Of a stretch of 64,000 bases of DNA, positions 1 to 11,861 are shown piece after piece. Under the pieces are notes generated by a model. The model did not search any database, was not told where the DNA came from, and worked only from the letters and a program-made list of their open reading frames with translations. The stretch is from Utricularia gibba. Lineage: Eukaryota > Plantae > Magnoliophyta. The stretch spans positions 1,674,001-1,738,000 of the forward strand of contig NEEC01000007.1 of NCBI GenBank assembly GCA_002189035.1, given 5' to 3'. The translations under genes were made by a program, and so were the position numbers. Position 1 is the first letter of the stretch, and each line of letters starts with the position of its first letter.

Positions 1-1080
1 GAGTAACTTTGGATGAGATGGTTCTCTAAACACATCACCGACCACAAGCTTCCACCCTGAAAGCTCTTCATTCATCTGGGCCTGAGCTTCCTTATCCAAT
101 TCTTCGTACCTTGTAAGATCCCTTCTGACTGTCCTCAAAAATATGACAAACACAATGCCAGCTAAAAAGAAAATCACCATTAAAGAGTTGAGAATTGAAA
201 ACCAGTGCACACGAGCACCCTCCATCTTCAAATAGACATCCCACCTCGATGGCCACCGGATGTCACTTTTCACAAACTCCACCTCATATGTAAATGTGAC
301 TCTTTCCTTCTCTCGTATCATCTGAGAATTCTCCAGTTCCTGAGGGCAGTCCACTGGCTCAATTGTATCATACATGTGGAGTTTTGACATCTTTTCAGGA
401 TCCCGCTTTACACTGCAGGGGAAAACCTCAAAGCCAACAATTTCATACCCAGAAGCCTTTTTGTTATCAACATCTGATATAACACCAAAGCCCTCTTCCC
501 CTGTGCCAATTATCTGCACACCAGCTCCTTCGTACTCATGAATCAGTACTTTAAATTTCAGATGGTTGATGATGTAGTCATCATTGCTGTTTGGAGGAGT
601 ATACCCCACGGTGTAACCAGTCCACAGGATTTTAACCCCATTTTGGATGGCATACCTCATAGCTGGTAGATTGTCAAGAATCATGTTAACTTGATACAGA
701 TCCCTAGTCCTCTGCTTCAAAAGCTTGACCTCATACTCGCTCAATGGAGAAGTGATACAGAGGAACAAAGATTCACTGACATTCATACGGAAGCGGTAAG
801 GGGAACTGAAAATCTGATCACCCATCAGCAGCTCTCCAAGATTTTCAGCACTTTTCTTGATGTTGTCGATAGGTTCACAATAAGGAAGACTATAATAGCT
901 GAAAGGCAGCTCTGTTTCTATAGATGTCAAAGAATTCACCTTCGCGTAGATTTCATCGCCACTTGAATATGTGTGCATATAGCTCCCAGGAAGATAAAAC
1001 GCATTGCATGCTCGGAGTAAGAAGAACAAGTATGCTAATAGAAGAGAGAATTTCTGTCTAGAAATAAAAAATAAGGCCAT
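1..1080 (-). CDS. TMN12: Transmembrane 9 superfamily (EMP70/TM9SF) protein, TMN11/12-like; N-terminal 360 codons, runs off the window start
   Basis: Manual translation from ATG 1080: MALFFISRQKFSLLLAYLFFLLRACNAFYLPGSYMHTY...KVNSLTSIETELPFSYYSLPYC...LYQVNMILDNLPA...WPSRWDVYLKMEGARVHWFSILNSLMVIFFLAGIVFVIFLRTVRRD...SGWKLVVGDVFREP. Open with no introns to base 1. Missing from the ORF track because its stop lies outside the window. Confidence 0.93.
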   Translation of the reverse strand, partial: MALFFISRQKFSLLLAYLFFLLRACNAFYLPGSYMHTYSSGDEIYAKVNSLTSIETELPFSYYSLPYCEPIDNIKKSAENLGELLMGDQIFSSPYRFRMNVSESLFLCITSPLSEYEVKLLKQRTRDLYQVNMILDNLPAMRYAIQNGVKILWTGYTVGYTPPNSNDDYIINHLKFKVLIHEYEGAGVQIIGTGEEGFGVISDVDNKKASGYEIVGFEVFPCSVKRDPEKMSKLHMYDTIEPVDCPQELENSQMIREKERVTFTYEVEFVKSDIRWPSRWDVYLKMEGARVHWFSILNSLMVIFFLAGIVFVIFLRTVRRDLTRYEELDKEAQAQMNEELSGWKLVVGDVFREPSHPKLL

Positions 1081-1962
1081 CGCAGAACAGGCAGGTTGCA
1101 CAGAGAAATCTTCAAACAAATAAGTCAGCTGTTGGAAAATCAAATCTGCAAAAGGGAAAAAAAATAATTTAGCGAGCTCTTTGTGCAAGTTCATTGCTGA
1201 AGTGCCAAAAATGATTTCATGAAATCCTTTGCAGTCATAAGTTAGTTATCAAAGAGAAGAGAATACCTACAGCATGCATCCATACTGTAAAACACAATCA
1301 CACATAAAAATAAGATCACTTTAGAGAGCATTTGAACTTACGGAAATTTGGCCCTCAATTCGAAAATTTGGTTTGGAAGAAATAAGTCTAAGAAAAAACA
1401 GGACCAGCAAGAGGAGTGAAGGTGACTATGGTGCCGGTCGAACAAGCAGGAGGACGTGTACTTCCTTCAGAAAACCACATAAACCTAGGATTTGGGTAAT
1501 AGGCAATGGCGGATCTACGATTATCGAACAATCCCAACTCATAAGACCAAATCACCTGGATCCGCGACAAAATATTACGGAATTAGGCACAGCAAATCCA
1601 TAAATCCCCTAAACCACTACGCGCAAAAAAAAAAAAAAAAAATTCCCCAGCCGTTAAAATCAAGAACAAACCAACAAGGACTCTAGCTTAAACCATCAAA
1701 ACCCAAACTCCATTCACAATCACATCTCTCAATCTCTCCCACTATTTAAAAAATTCCCATTTCAAGAACAAATCCAAATCTCAAGTCTTGTAGTACCCAA
1801 AGAGCAATGAATCTTACATTGATTCCCAGATCATTCTTCCCTCTCCGTACATGGCCGGTGTACGAAAGCGAGTGTAACTGGAAGGTGAGGCGTCCTAAGT
1901 TCATGATAAAGGCGTTTAACGCGTACTTGGTTCACGATAAAGACGTTGGGGGTTCCCTATGT

Positions 1963-2048
1963 TGGGCCTGGACGAATTTGTAGAACATGGGCCCCAATCA
2001 ATCAACTCAAAGCCCATTTAAACGTGGGTTATTTCCCCAATTGGCCCA
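1963..2048. promoter_or_regulatory. Site II (TGGGCY) motif cluster in the divergent TMN/SPS promoter
   Basis: TGGGCC at 1963 and 1988, AGCCCA at 2011, GGCCCA at 2043, between two divergent genes. Confidence 0.5.
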
Positions 2049-3334
2049 TTAAGTTGGTGTAAAACTCATTCTGAACTTGCGCACAGCAGCTTCTTTTAAC
2101 GATGGAACTGCGGGAATGCCGTGATTTCGTCGTAACTGAAGCCGCATTTGGTTTTATTTTTCAAATTTCTCGAATCGGGGATCTCTGTGGTTGATTATAG
2201 AGTTGAAATATGTCAATCCCAGATGAAGATACTTAACTCCGATCAAGAATGCTGCTGATTTCTGAAAATTTTGTATCTTGTATCCTTTCTTGATGTTTTT
2301 AAGACAGGGGTTTATCGGATCAGACAATCTTTCGTAAGCGAGGAAGATGGAGCGTCGGAGGTCAGCAGCATGAAGAACTCTTCTATAGTGACTACTTGTT
2401 TCTACGAATTCAGTTACTGTAAACAATCATGGGATCCTGGAGATTACGGCTTCTTTTTCTTCGGTTCATTGGCTACACACAAATAACTTGAAGAACTAGC
2501 AGAGAAAATCCAATCAAGTGTTCGGTTTTGCGGGTTTTTGTCCCAGCAGATGTTTTTCTGTAGGTACTTTCGTCAAATACCAACCTCGCCAGGAGATTCA
2601 TCGCACCAACGTAACTCCAATCATGCAAGTGTAGCCCAGAATGGACCCATGGTTTCAGTTGCGTCTGTCAAGAGCAGCGATGTCCTTTTTTCTTCAAAAA
2701 ATTCAGGTACGAGACAGTGGGTCTGCGGCTGCAAGAAATAGTTTTCGCAAACCTTGGCGCATGAATGCGGCTTCTTCTTACCAGAGCCATGGGTTGTTCC
2801 GATGAATACAAAAGCGTCCGGTTAAGAAGTCTAAGGTAAACTGAAAAGGGAGAAAGTGGGAAGTGAGAAGTAGACAGATAGCTTCGTTTGTAGATTTTTT
2901 ATGTTTGCACCTTTTCAGTTCCATCAACAAACATTTCATGAGGGTTACGCCTCCACATCAACCCATCTTCTAGTTGGTGGAGCTACAGCCCTCACTTTCC
3001 CTCGCTCGAAAGTATTTCCACTTTTCGTAAATTTGAAATTTTAGTTTACTGAAACTCTGTACCTTTTTGTTGATCGGTTTAGAAAGTTTTTCTGCCCACA
3101 GAGAAGTGTGGCTTCTTTTTCAACTCATTCACGCCATTACCTTATGGGTTCACATCTTTTTGTTCATTGAGCTGTGGTATTCCAGTCTGTGTTCATTTCT
3201 CCCGCTGAAGATTTTATTCCTTGCACTGGTGTAGTGTAAAAGTTTGGAGCTTTATTCAGATGCGAGCAGGACCCAGTCTGTGAAGAAAGTGTTTTAATTG
3301 GCTGCTGCTGTATTTGGTGGGCGGTGGTTCGAGC

Positions 3335-5501
3335 ATGATGTCACTTACATGCCTTAATCTTGAGTTTGTGAAAACAAGGCCAGAATCTTTAGTTTCTGGG
3401 TCGTCCTCTAATGACCCTTTTGATCTTTTCTATTTGAGAAACCGGGGGCAAGGCAAGTAATCAAGAATGCAACTAAACACCGCAAGTCTCGCCAGTTTTT
3501 GTGTTGCAGGCGGAAAACTAGCCGATATCAAGTGTTACCCAGTAAAACTAAGGATGCTTTTGTCAACAGTTAGTTTCTATGTTTAAGAAATTTTTTGGTT
3601 TCCCTCTCTATTTTATGTTGCTTTTTAAGTTATGATTGCGTTCTGCGCCATCGATGAAGGAGGTCATGCAGCTGGCCCTCTAGATCTGGGTAGAGAGTCA
3701 AAAGCATTTCCTTCAGCATCTGATATGTTTGAAGTGGTTTCTGAAGATCTTCAAACTTTGAACAAGAATCTACAGTCAGTAAGTCTGTTAATGCTTTTCC
3801 TGAATCTATTTCTTGATAAATGCAGTTCTTCTTATGTGTTTTGAAAAAAGAATATCAGTATTTGGTTCAAATGGAGGATTAAATATTTTCTTTCCTGCTT
3901 TAGCCTATGTTTCCTAGTAAATTGATGCTATCACGTACAGAAAAAAGACAGCACGTTATGTTTTTCAATGTTTCCGCGTGCTCACATTCTTCTGCTATTC
4001 ATATGTTGTGGCATCTAATCTCCTTATTCCTTGCACTTTTCTTTCTCCAAAAAAATCACATATATACCTTCTGTAGATGGGGTGCCATTTTGCATTTACT
4101 CTCAGTGATCACTGTTCGGGTTATCTTGCCCTTGAATTATACACTACTCTGCTATGCAACGGTTGAGCTGTGTCTGACTTTAAATATCTGTTAGTTGTTC
4201 CTTTTCACTTCTAATCAAAAAGTCGTTTCCTAATTCCACTGTTTTTAGATTGTTGGTGCAGAAAACCCCGTGCTAATGTCTGCTGCTGAGCAGATCTTTG
4301 GAGCAGGAGGCAAAAGGATGAGGCCTGCTTTGGTTTTTCTAGTGTCAAGAGCAACTGCTTTGATATCTGGTCTGAAGTAAGATACATTCTCTTTCTCTCT
4401 GTAACCCCCAAGCTATGATGCGTGAACAGCTGCAGAGATATCAGTTTTTACATGTCAGTATTTTCCAAGAGATTTCACTGAATCTTACCCTTTTTTTGTG
4501 ACTCAGCGACCTCACCAAGGAACACAGAAGTTTAGCTGAAATCATTGAAATGATTCACACGGCAAGTCTGATACATGATGATGTACTAGATGAGAGTGAG
4601 CTGCGGAGAGGTTCATCTTCTGGAAACCTTTTTTTTTTTTACTGAGATATGAAAAAAACAGAGCATTTTGGAATGAAGTTGCCTTCTCTGTGTTTCAGGA
4701 AAAAAAACTCTCCACCAAATATACGGTACTAGAGTGGCTGTCTTAGCAGGAGATTTCATGTTCGCACAATCTTCTTGGTATCTTGCAAATCTCGAAAATC
4801 TTGAAGTAATAAAGCTTATCAGTCAGGTATCACACAACATGTTTCTTTTCGACTGTTGCTAACATGGAAAATTTTCATCTCTTCAAAAATCCGGTCTCTC
4901 CTTCTGGATCTTCGGCCTAGGTGATGCTAACATAGGAAATATATTTCTGCAGGTGATCAAAGACTTCGCCAGTGGTGAAATAAAGCAGGCCTCCAGCTTA
5001 TTCGACTGTGATGTTCAACTGGAAGAATATTTGATCAAAAGCTACTACAAAACTGCATCCTTGATTGCTGCAAGCACCATGGGTGCTGCTGTTTTTAGCG
5101 GTGTTAGCAGCGAGATTAACGAACAGATGTACCAGTATGGAAAGAACCTAGGCCTGTGCTTTCAGATTGTTGATGACATATTAGACTTCACTCAGTCAGC
5201 AGAGCAACTAGGAAAACCGGTAGGCAGTGACCTTGCCAGGGGAAACTTGACTGCACCAGTCATATTTGCGTTGGAGAAGGAACCAAAACTCAGGGAAATC
5301 ATCGAATCCGAGTTCTATGAAACGGGCTCACTTGAGAATGCAGTAGATATCATCAAGAACTCCGGGGGCATCCAGATGGCTTGGAGTCTGGCAAGCCAGA
5401 AAGCGGATCACGCCATTGGCAACCTTGGATGCCTCCCACAGAGTTCATTTAGATTGGCTCTGGAACAAATAGTGAGGTACAGTTTGGAAAGAGTGAGATG
5501 A
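3335..5501 (+). CDS. SPS: Solanesyl-diphosphate synthase (plastid trans-long-chain prenyl diphosphate synthase), 6 exons; apparent 1-nt frameshift in exon 1
   Basis: Exons about 3335-3568, 3660-3778, 4249-4376, 4507-4610, 4699-4826, 4953-5501 with GT-AG borders. Motifs: transit-like [60 protein letters not shown]5 at 3444-3448 needs to be G6 to keep the frame. Confidence 0.92.
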
Positions 5502-5816
5502 TATGTGGGGACTCCATAGTCCAGAAGTGATCATTATTCATCATATGATCTGGATGATTAGCTCTGTTTACTAGGTGCATCTCATTGGCCAACATGGGCA
5601 ACCAACACCGGAGACAGACCGATGAATTTAAAGAAGCATGTGAAGCTTTTACTTTGCCACCGCTCATATCTTGTTGCAGTCACACGTTATCATAAAAGCA
5701 GTCACAGTTGCCGTTTCAAAGTAGATGCTTTCAACCAGGGCCACATTTTCCGGTGCAGCATTACTGCAACTCATCTACATGAATATTTATTTTAGTACAT
5801 ATGTCAGACACATTCT

Positions 5817-7610
5817 TCAGAGCTTCTTCAGGAGCAGGGGTGCACCATACTGAGGCTGGAGTGTAAGAATAGGGAAAGGGGCATGCTGGTAAGAAGCAGA
5901 CAGGTGCAAGGAGAAACGTTGAAGGATCATGGCAAGTGACAATTTGGCTGTAATGAGTGCAAAGTTCTGCCCAACGCACACTCGGGGCCCCGAGATAAAC
6001 GGTATGAACGAATGTCGAATCTTGGTCGCACTCGACACTCCTTGAGCAAATCTCTCTGGTTTGAATTCTTGCATGTCTTCGCCCCAAATATCCGGATCGT
6101 GATGCAATACCCCGATCAGCAGCACCAAATCCACTTCTGCTGGTACAGTTATGTGTCCAAGCTTAACCGTCTTTGTTGGGGTTCTTAGCGTCAATGGAGC
6201 AGGGGTGTAGAGCCTTAGCACCTCATGGAGAATCATCGTCACCTGTATGATTCTTGCCATGAAAGAGTTAAAAGTCAAGTTTCTGCCAATGGTCGACTTC
6301 TGCACATGTTCAGTACCGTTTTGAGGCGATTGAGACCATCAAAGGCTGGCTCTTTCGTCCCAAAGACTTGCAGGACTTCCAGCCTCGCGAGTCTCTGCCA
6401 TTCTTGATGTTTGCTCAGCATCACCGCTGTGTACACCAGCAACACCGACGTGGTCTCCGACCCAGCAAAGTAGAAAAGCTTGCACTCTTCTACCACATCC
6501 TTCAAGCTCATGTTCCCGTTTTCGCTTATGTTCGATTCGATCAACGTTTTCAACAGGTCGTCGTCTACGTCGACTCCCCTCCGAATCGCCGTCTCTTTGT
6601 CGGCGACTATCCCCATGAGCAGCGATTCTATTTCTTTGGAGATTGCTCTCATTCTCATGTTGGCCTTGGTTGGAACAAACCTACGAAAGATACGTCAGTA
6701 TCGTCTCGTTACAGACGTTAGTTTAGTTTAGTTTAGTCTACCTCCATCCGGGGACGAAGGACCATTGCAGAACATCTAGAACCAGCTTCACTTGCTCCTG
6801 TTGGAGCATGTAAACTTTTCTTCCCTGCTCACTTCTCCCGCCAAAAGCAGTTGTTGAAATAACATTTGCAGTTAAAGCTTCAAACCCATGCCACACGTCG
6901 ATTTCATGCATCGCTTCTCCACCGGCGAAGTCAGCTTCCCAGCCGTTGATCATCTCGGTGCAACACCGGCATACCATTGGAACCATATTCTGTCAACAAC
7001 AAAGACGTGTTAATTGTTCTTCTAGAAGGAGGAGGAGGAGAAGGAAAACCTTTAACTTCTCCAGGTGTAAAGCAGGGCTGATGATTCTGCGACGCTGAGC
7101 CCATCGTTCGTCTTCAAGAAAAGCTAGCCCTCCGGCTCCGGCGATCATTTCTCCGGGATCGGGATGAGTCTTATGAAACACATCAGGTCTTGCAAGAATC
7201 TCCTTCAACATCTCCGGCTCGGAGATGGCTAGCCTCGGCCTCGGACCAAACCAGAAGAATGAGCTTTTCCCTGCAATCATTCTAAAATGAATCCACAGAA
7301 CAATCTTTTGGAAACAGGCACGACCAAGAAAAAGAAAAGAACCATGTTTCCGAATGATGGTGTGATAGAATGGAAGAATATGGGGAAGGAGATCATCAGA
7401 AAATCCGATGGATCGGAGGCGCTCATCTCTGGAAGCTCCGATAATCTCCCTCATGTCACCCACAAGGAACCTGTATGGATTCCCAGACAGCCCCTGCTCC
7501 CTCAAATGCCTCTCCAGTCTTCTCGGTCTGAACCAGACCCAATTCAGTAAGCTCCCCAACACACACACACCAGCCACCATGGCTACAAACCCTAGCAGGG
7601 ATTCCTCCAT
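5817..7610 (-). CDS. CYP72A: Cytochrome P450, CYP72A subfamily, 5 exons
   Basis: Exons 7610-7343, 7270-7050, 6989-6742, 6680-6317, 6242-5817. Motifs: N-terminal LLNWVWFRPRRLE...GLSGNPYRFL, I-helix EECKLFYFAGSETT, EVLR, PERF, heme loop FISGPRVCVG. Typical CYP72 exon layout. Confidence 0.93.
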
Positions 7611-7767
7611 CCAATCTCCACTTCCAAAGGAATCCCAACCACCCAGTTTATAGTTGTCCTCAGTTCACCTTCATGCGTCTTCATTTGAAACTATTCCGTT
7701 GAAGCACCTAACCGTTAGTTAAATTCAATAAAGTAAAAAGACTTCTTTCATATTTGTAGAAGAAAAC

Positions 7768-7793
7768 CACGTGGTAAACCTAAAGCACACGTG
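7768..7793. promoter_or_regulatory. Paired G-boxes (CACGTG x2) upstream of CYP72A
   Basis: CACGTG at 7768-7773 and 7788-7793, 20 bp apart, about 160-180 bp upstream of the CYP72A ATG. Confidence 0.5.
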
Positions 7794-8719
7794 TGATACA
7801 TCATTAAAAATATATTCGATAAACAAATTAATCATATAAAAATATTTAAATTTTATTTTAAAATTATTTAGAAGATTTAAACAAAATTATTTCCTCCCTT
7901 GTTTTTACAAACAATATAAATAAATCATCCTTCAAAACCATAATTGAAATTAAATTATAATTAAATCGTAATTCGTAATTCAATTATCATTTAATATTAA
8001 AAATAAAAAAATAAAAATGTAATCTGGATTTGAATAATCGATTAAATCGTGAATTGTTTATACAATCAATTTATGGTTTTATTTATAATTCAAAACATTG
8101 CTTAATCCCCTCTATGAAATAATGTCAAATTATTATTTTTTAATTTTGTAATTAAAATGTAAAGTTAATTTTGAAAGGGTAAAAAAGTAAATTGGAGGAA
8201 GGCGAGTCCGGATTGACTACCTCCTGGCTCGCATGAAGGGGCGCCATTAAATGAGATGGGATGCGGAGTTACTGCGCACTGTTATTTCGGGAACCATCGT
8301 AGTCTCTCCATTATTTTAGATGCCGACGGAAAGAATGTACAACAAAATTTACATAATAAAAAAATAAGAAATTATTTATTACCGCGGTAAAAACCTAATA
8401 AGTTACTTACTGACTTCATACTTCATAGGAGTAGGAAAAGGATGGTAGAATTGGATTTAGCTGGAGAATTATATTATAAAAAAATTATATCTTTTATTGA
8501 AGGGGCAACTCCGGCCACGTCTTGCTCCCTGATCCCGCCGGCCATGTGCATTTATTGCAAACACGCCCTCCATCTACAGGGTAATTACTATTACCTACCA
8601 ATACACCTTAAAAATACTTTCCCAACCCCCAACTTCCCTTGCACGCGCTCCAGTCCTACTTCTTTGCACCAACAACTGGTTCTCATTCATTCACTCTCTC
8701 TGCTTCTCGCTCCGCCACC

Positions 8720-9482
8720 ATGAAGAAAGACACGGCGGCAGGGGCGCCGACGGGCGACGCGACCCAAACCCCCGTCTCCCGGACTTGGGAGATTCTCCTT
8801 CGGCTCCTCCCCATGGTCCTCTCCGTCACCGCCATGGTCCTCATGCTGAAAGACTCCGAAACCTCAGACTATGGTTCCCTTTCTTACTCCGACGTCGGAG
8901 CCTTCAGGTACAAACTCATTTTCCTTAAGTTCCTTCATTAGGGTGGTGGCTGTACTAAACAGGGAGTCTGTGCAGATATTTGGTGCACGCGAGCGGGGTC
9001 TGCGCCGGCTACTCTCTGCTCTCCGCCATCGCCACCGCCGTCCCACGGCCGTCGACTCTATCCACTGCCTGGACCTTCTTCGTCCTCGACCAGGTCTTCC
9101 ATTCGAATTCATTTAAAATATTACGTAACCAATTCATCTACAAGAAATTATTTGTTCCCCTTGTGCGATTATTGAATACGGCACAATTATTTCACTTTCT
9201 TTGATACAGTTGCTAACGTACGCGGTGCTAGCAGCCGGGGCAACATCCACAGAGCTCATGTACCTCGCGTACAAGGGAGACGCCTCTATCACATGGAGCC
9301 AGGCTTGTGGCTCATTCGGCGATTTCTGCCGGAAAGCCACGGCGGCGACGGTGATCACCTTCGTCGTCACCCTGTGCTACGCCGGGCTGTCCATGATCTC
9401 GTCCTACCGGCTGTTCACGAAGTACGACGCCCCCGTTGCTTGCAGCAGCAAGGAGATCGACTTCTCGAACTTCCAAAGCTAA
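8720..9482 (+). CDS. CASPL2A: CASP-like protein 2A (DUF588/MARVEL), 3 exons
   Basis: Exons 8720-8907, 8976-9093, 9210-9482. Motifs [49 protein letters not shown]...FCRKA. Confidence 0.9.
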
Positions 9483-10100
9483 GCTGCGCTTCTTCTTCTT
9501 CTTCCTCTGTGTCCTTAGCTTGATGGGTTCGTGGGAAATGAATGCAGCAATGAATGTGGTTTGTATTCTGTGTCATATCGTTGTCATGAAATGTAAACAT
9601 CTATTACATACTTCAATGCAAAGTGTAACTCCACCTCAACTACCCCAAAAATAGATTATTCCTCATTATTATTCTTCTTCTATGTAATTTAGGGTTTTTT
9701 ATTTGACCTTTTCTTTTTAATTTTTAAATAATTGATAAATAAAATCCAATCCTCAATTTTTTTTATCTAAAATTTAATTTTAAAAAAACGTTAAATGGCC
9801 ACTTTGTTCATGTATAATACATTTTTTCGGTGGGAGAGGGAGGAAAACAATTTTGTTTATGTTTTATTTTTCTGTTTTATTTTTCTTACATTTAATTAAT
9901 TATTTTATCTATCGTCATAAATGATTGGCAGGCCAATACCGAGATATACCTATAAAAAAAAATGAGGCCCAATTTATTTAAAAAGAAATACAGTTCATTT
10001 TCGGTTTCGGTTCTGTATGAGGAATAAGTATAATCGTCGCCGGTGAAATCTGCAGATTTCTGCATGTGAAGGTGTAGGTGACCGGGAAATCTTGAGAAAA

Positions 10101-11436
10101 ATGGGAGCTTTTTCTGCGCTTTCATCTCCGAAGCCTTGCTATAATCGTCCCACTGCCACTCTCTCTAATCGGCCTATTATTAAGCAAATCTTTCACTGCC
10201 GTTTCAACCAGAGAAAACTGACTAACTGTATTTCCTGTTCTGCGCTGAATTCATCTGGAGGGAATCTACCCCTCTTGTTGTGGTGGGATCAGCCAATGCG
10301 GACATATATGTGGAGATCGAAAGGCTTCCGAAGGAAGGGGAAACTTTATCTGCCAAAACAGGGCAAACTCTGGCGGGGGTAAAGGAGCGAATCAAGCGGT
10401 TTGCGGGGCTAAATTGGCGTACCCAACTTACTTTTTGGGACAAGTTGGGGATGATGCTCATGGGAAATTGATTATTGATGCGCTGGTGGGAGTTGGGGTT
10501 TTTGTTGATTACTTGATTACTGTGGCTGATGCGCCTACTGGGCATGCTGTTGTGATGCTACAGAGTGATGGGCAGAATTCAATTATCATTGTTGGAGGGG
10601 CCAACATGGCTTGCTGGCCTGAGAAGTTGCCTGTGAAGGATTTGGAGGTTGTGAAGAATGCTGGGATTGTTTTACTCCAGAGGGAGATCCCTGATTCTGT
10701 AAATATTCAGGTTGCAAAGGTCAGATTTTTTCTTTCTCAGTTCTGTGATTCATTTGATCATGAACCTAGGTGTCGTTTGTTCTTGAAAGAAACCTTTTAT
10801 GTGTGCACTCTTCAGGCTGCTAGAAGCGCTAATGTACCTGTGATATTGGATGCTGGGGGTGCTGATGCACCCTTTCCCGATGAGCTACTTAACTATATTG
10901 ATATCCTGAGTCCAAATGAATCTGAACTTTCTCGTCTAACAGGCATGTCCACAGAGAGTTTTGAGGACATTAGCCAAGCTGTAGATAAGTGTCATAAAAT
11001 GGTTAGTCCTTATAAAGATGATAACTCGAACAGACTTCCATTGCCGGAGCTCTCTGTTTCCTCACGCTCTCCTTCTTTCACCAGGGTGTAAAGCAAGTGC
11101 TGGTAAAACTTGGTGCAAAGGGCTCTGCTCTATTCACCGAAGGAGAACCTCCAATCAGACAATCCATTGTCACAGCAGCTAAAGTGGTGGATACAACAGG
11201 CGCAGGAGATACCTTTACAGCTGCATTTGCTGTGGCTCTAGTAGAAGGAAAGCCAAAAACAGAATGCTTGAAGTTTGCTGGTAATGCACAAGCTTACACA
11301 TTCCGATCATATCGTTCTTACATGATAATCGTTTTCCAGCTACGGCAGCAGCATTGTGCGTTCAAGTCAAAGGCGCGATTCCAGCATGCCTGATAGAGTA
11401 TCTGTCATGAGGCTTCTTCAGACACACTTTCCTTGA
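10101..11436 (+). CDS. RBSK: Plastid ribokinase (pfkB family), 4 exons; three apparent 1-nt frameshifts
   Basis: Motifs VVGSANADIYVEIERLPKEGET, GGKGANQA (after repair), PTGHAVVMLQSDGQNSIIIVGGAN, SPNESEL, DTTGAGDTF. Exons about 10101-10719, 10816-11001, 11085-11280, 11340-11436. Confidence 0.88.
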
Positions 11437-11575
11437 AGGTACATTGCTGCAATGTTTGTCCAAATCTGTCAGTCCTCGTTTGTAAGAGAAGTAGATGCCA
11501 TGAATCATCTTCTTCATAAGCTTTGTGCCATTGAAAATATTCAGAATATTTTATGTTAAAAATAATACTTGTTAT

Positions 11576-11618
11576 TGGGCCGTAATGGGTCAGTCAATTG
11601 GGCCAGGAGTGATGGGCT
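11576..11618. promoter_or_regulatory. Site II motif cluster upstream of UBP25
   Basis: TGGGCC 11576, TGGGCC 11599 and TGGGCT 11613, in the 425-bp gap between ribokinase and UBP25. Confidence 0.45.
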
Positions 11619-11861
11619 AAGTTGGTTACCTGTCTCGAATGGGGTAACGGGTGGTTACGACGCGCCTACATATAGTGTTATTACATTCGATGCAACGGTA
11701 GTTTATATGGATAACGGTGTTTGTGTTGAGATGTGAAGGGGAGAATTTTGACGAGTCTCCGGTGGGGGAAGGCGTTTATCGAGCAGAGGAAGAGGTGATG
11801 CGATCGCAGCGGTGGTTGCTGACCGATGGTACGGGGGAGGGGTGGCGCTTCAGTCTCGTTG

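Noticed and set aside
1373-1686. Short ORFs on both strands upstream of the TM9SF ATG
   Set aside because: They lie in the AT-rich 5' leader/intron region of the TMN gene, with no recognisable motifs and no ATG-based gene structure.
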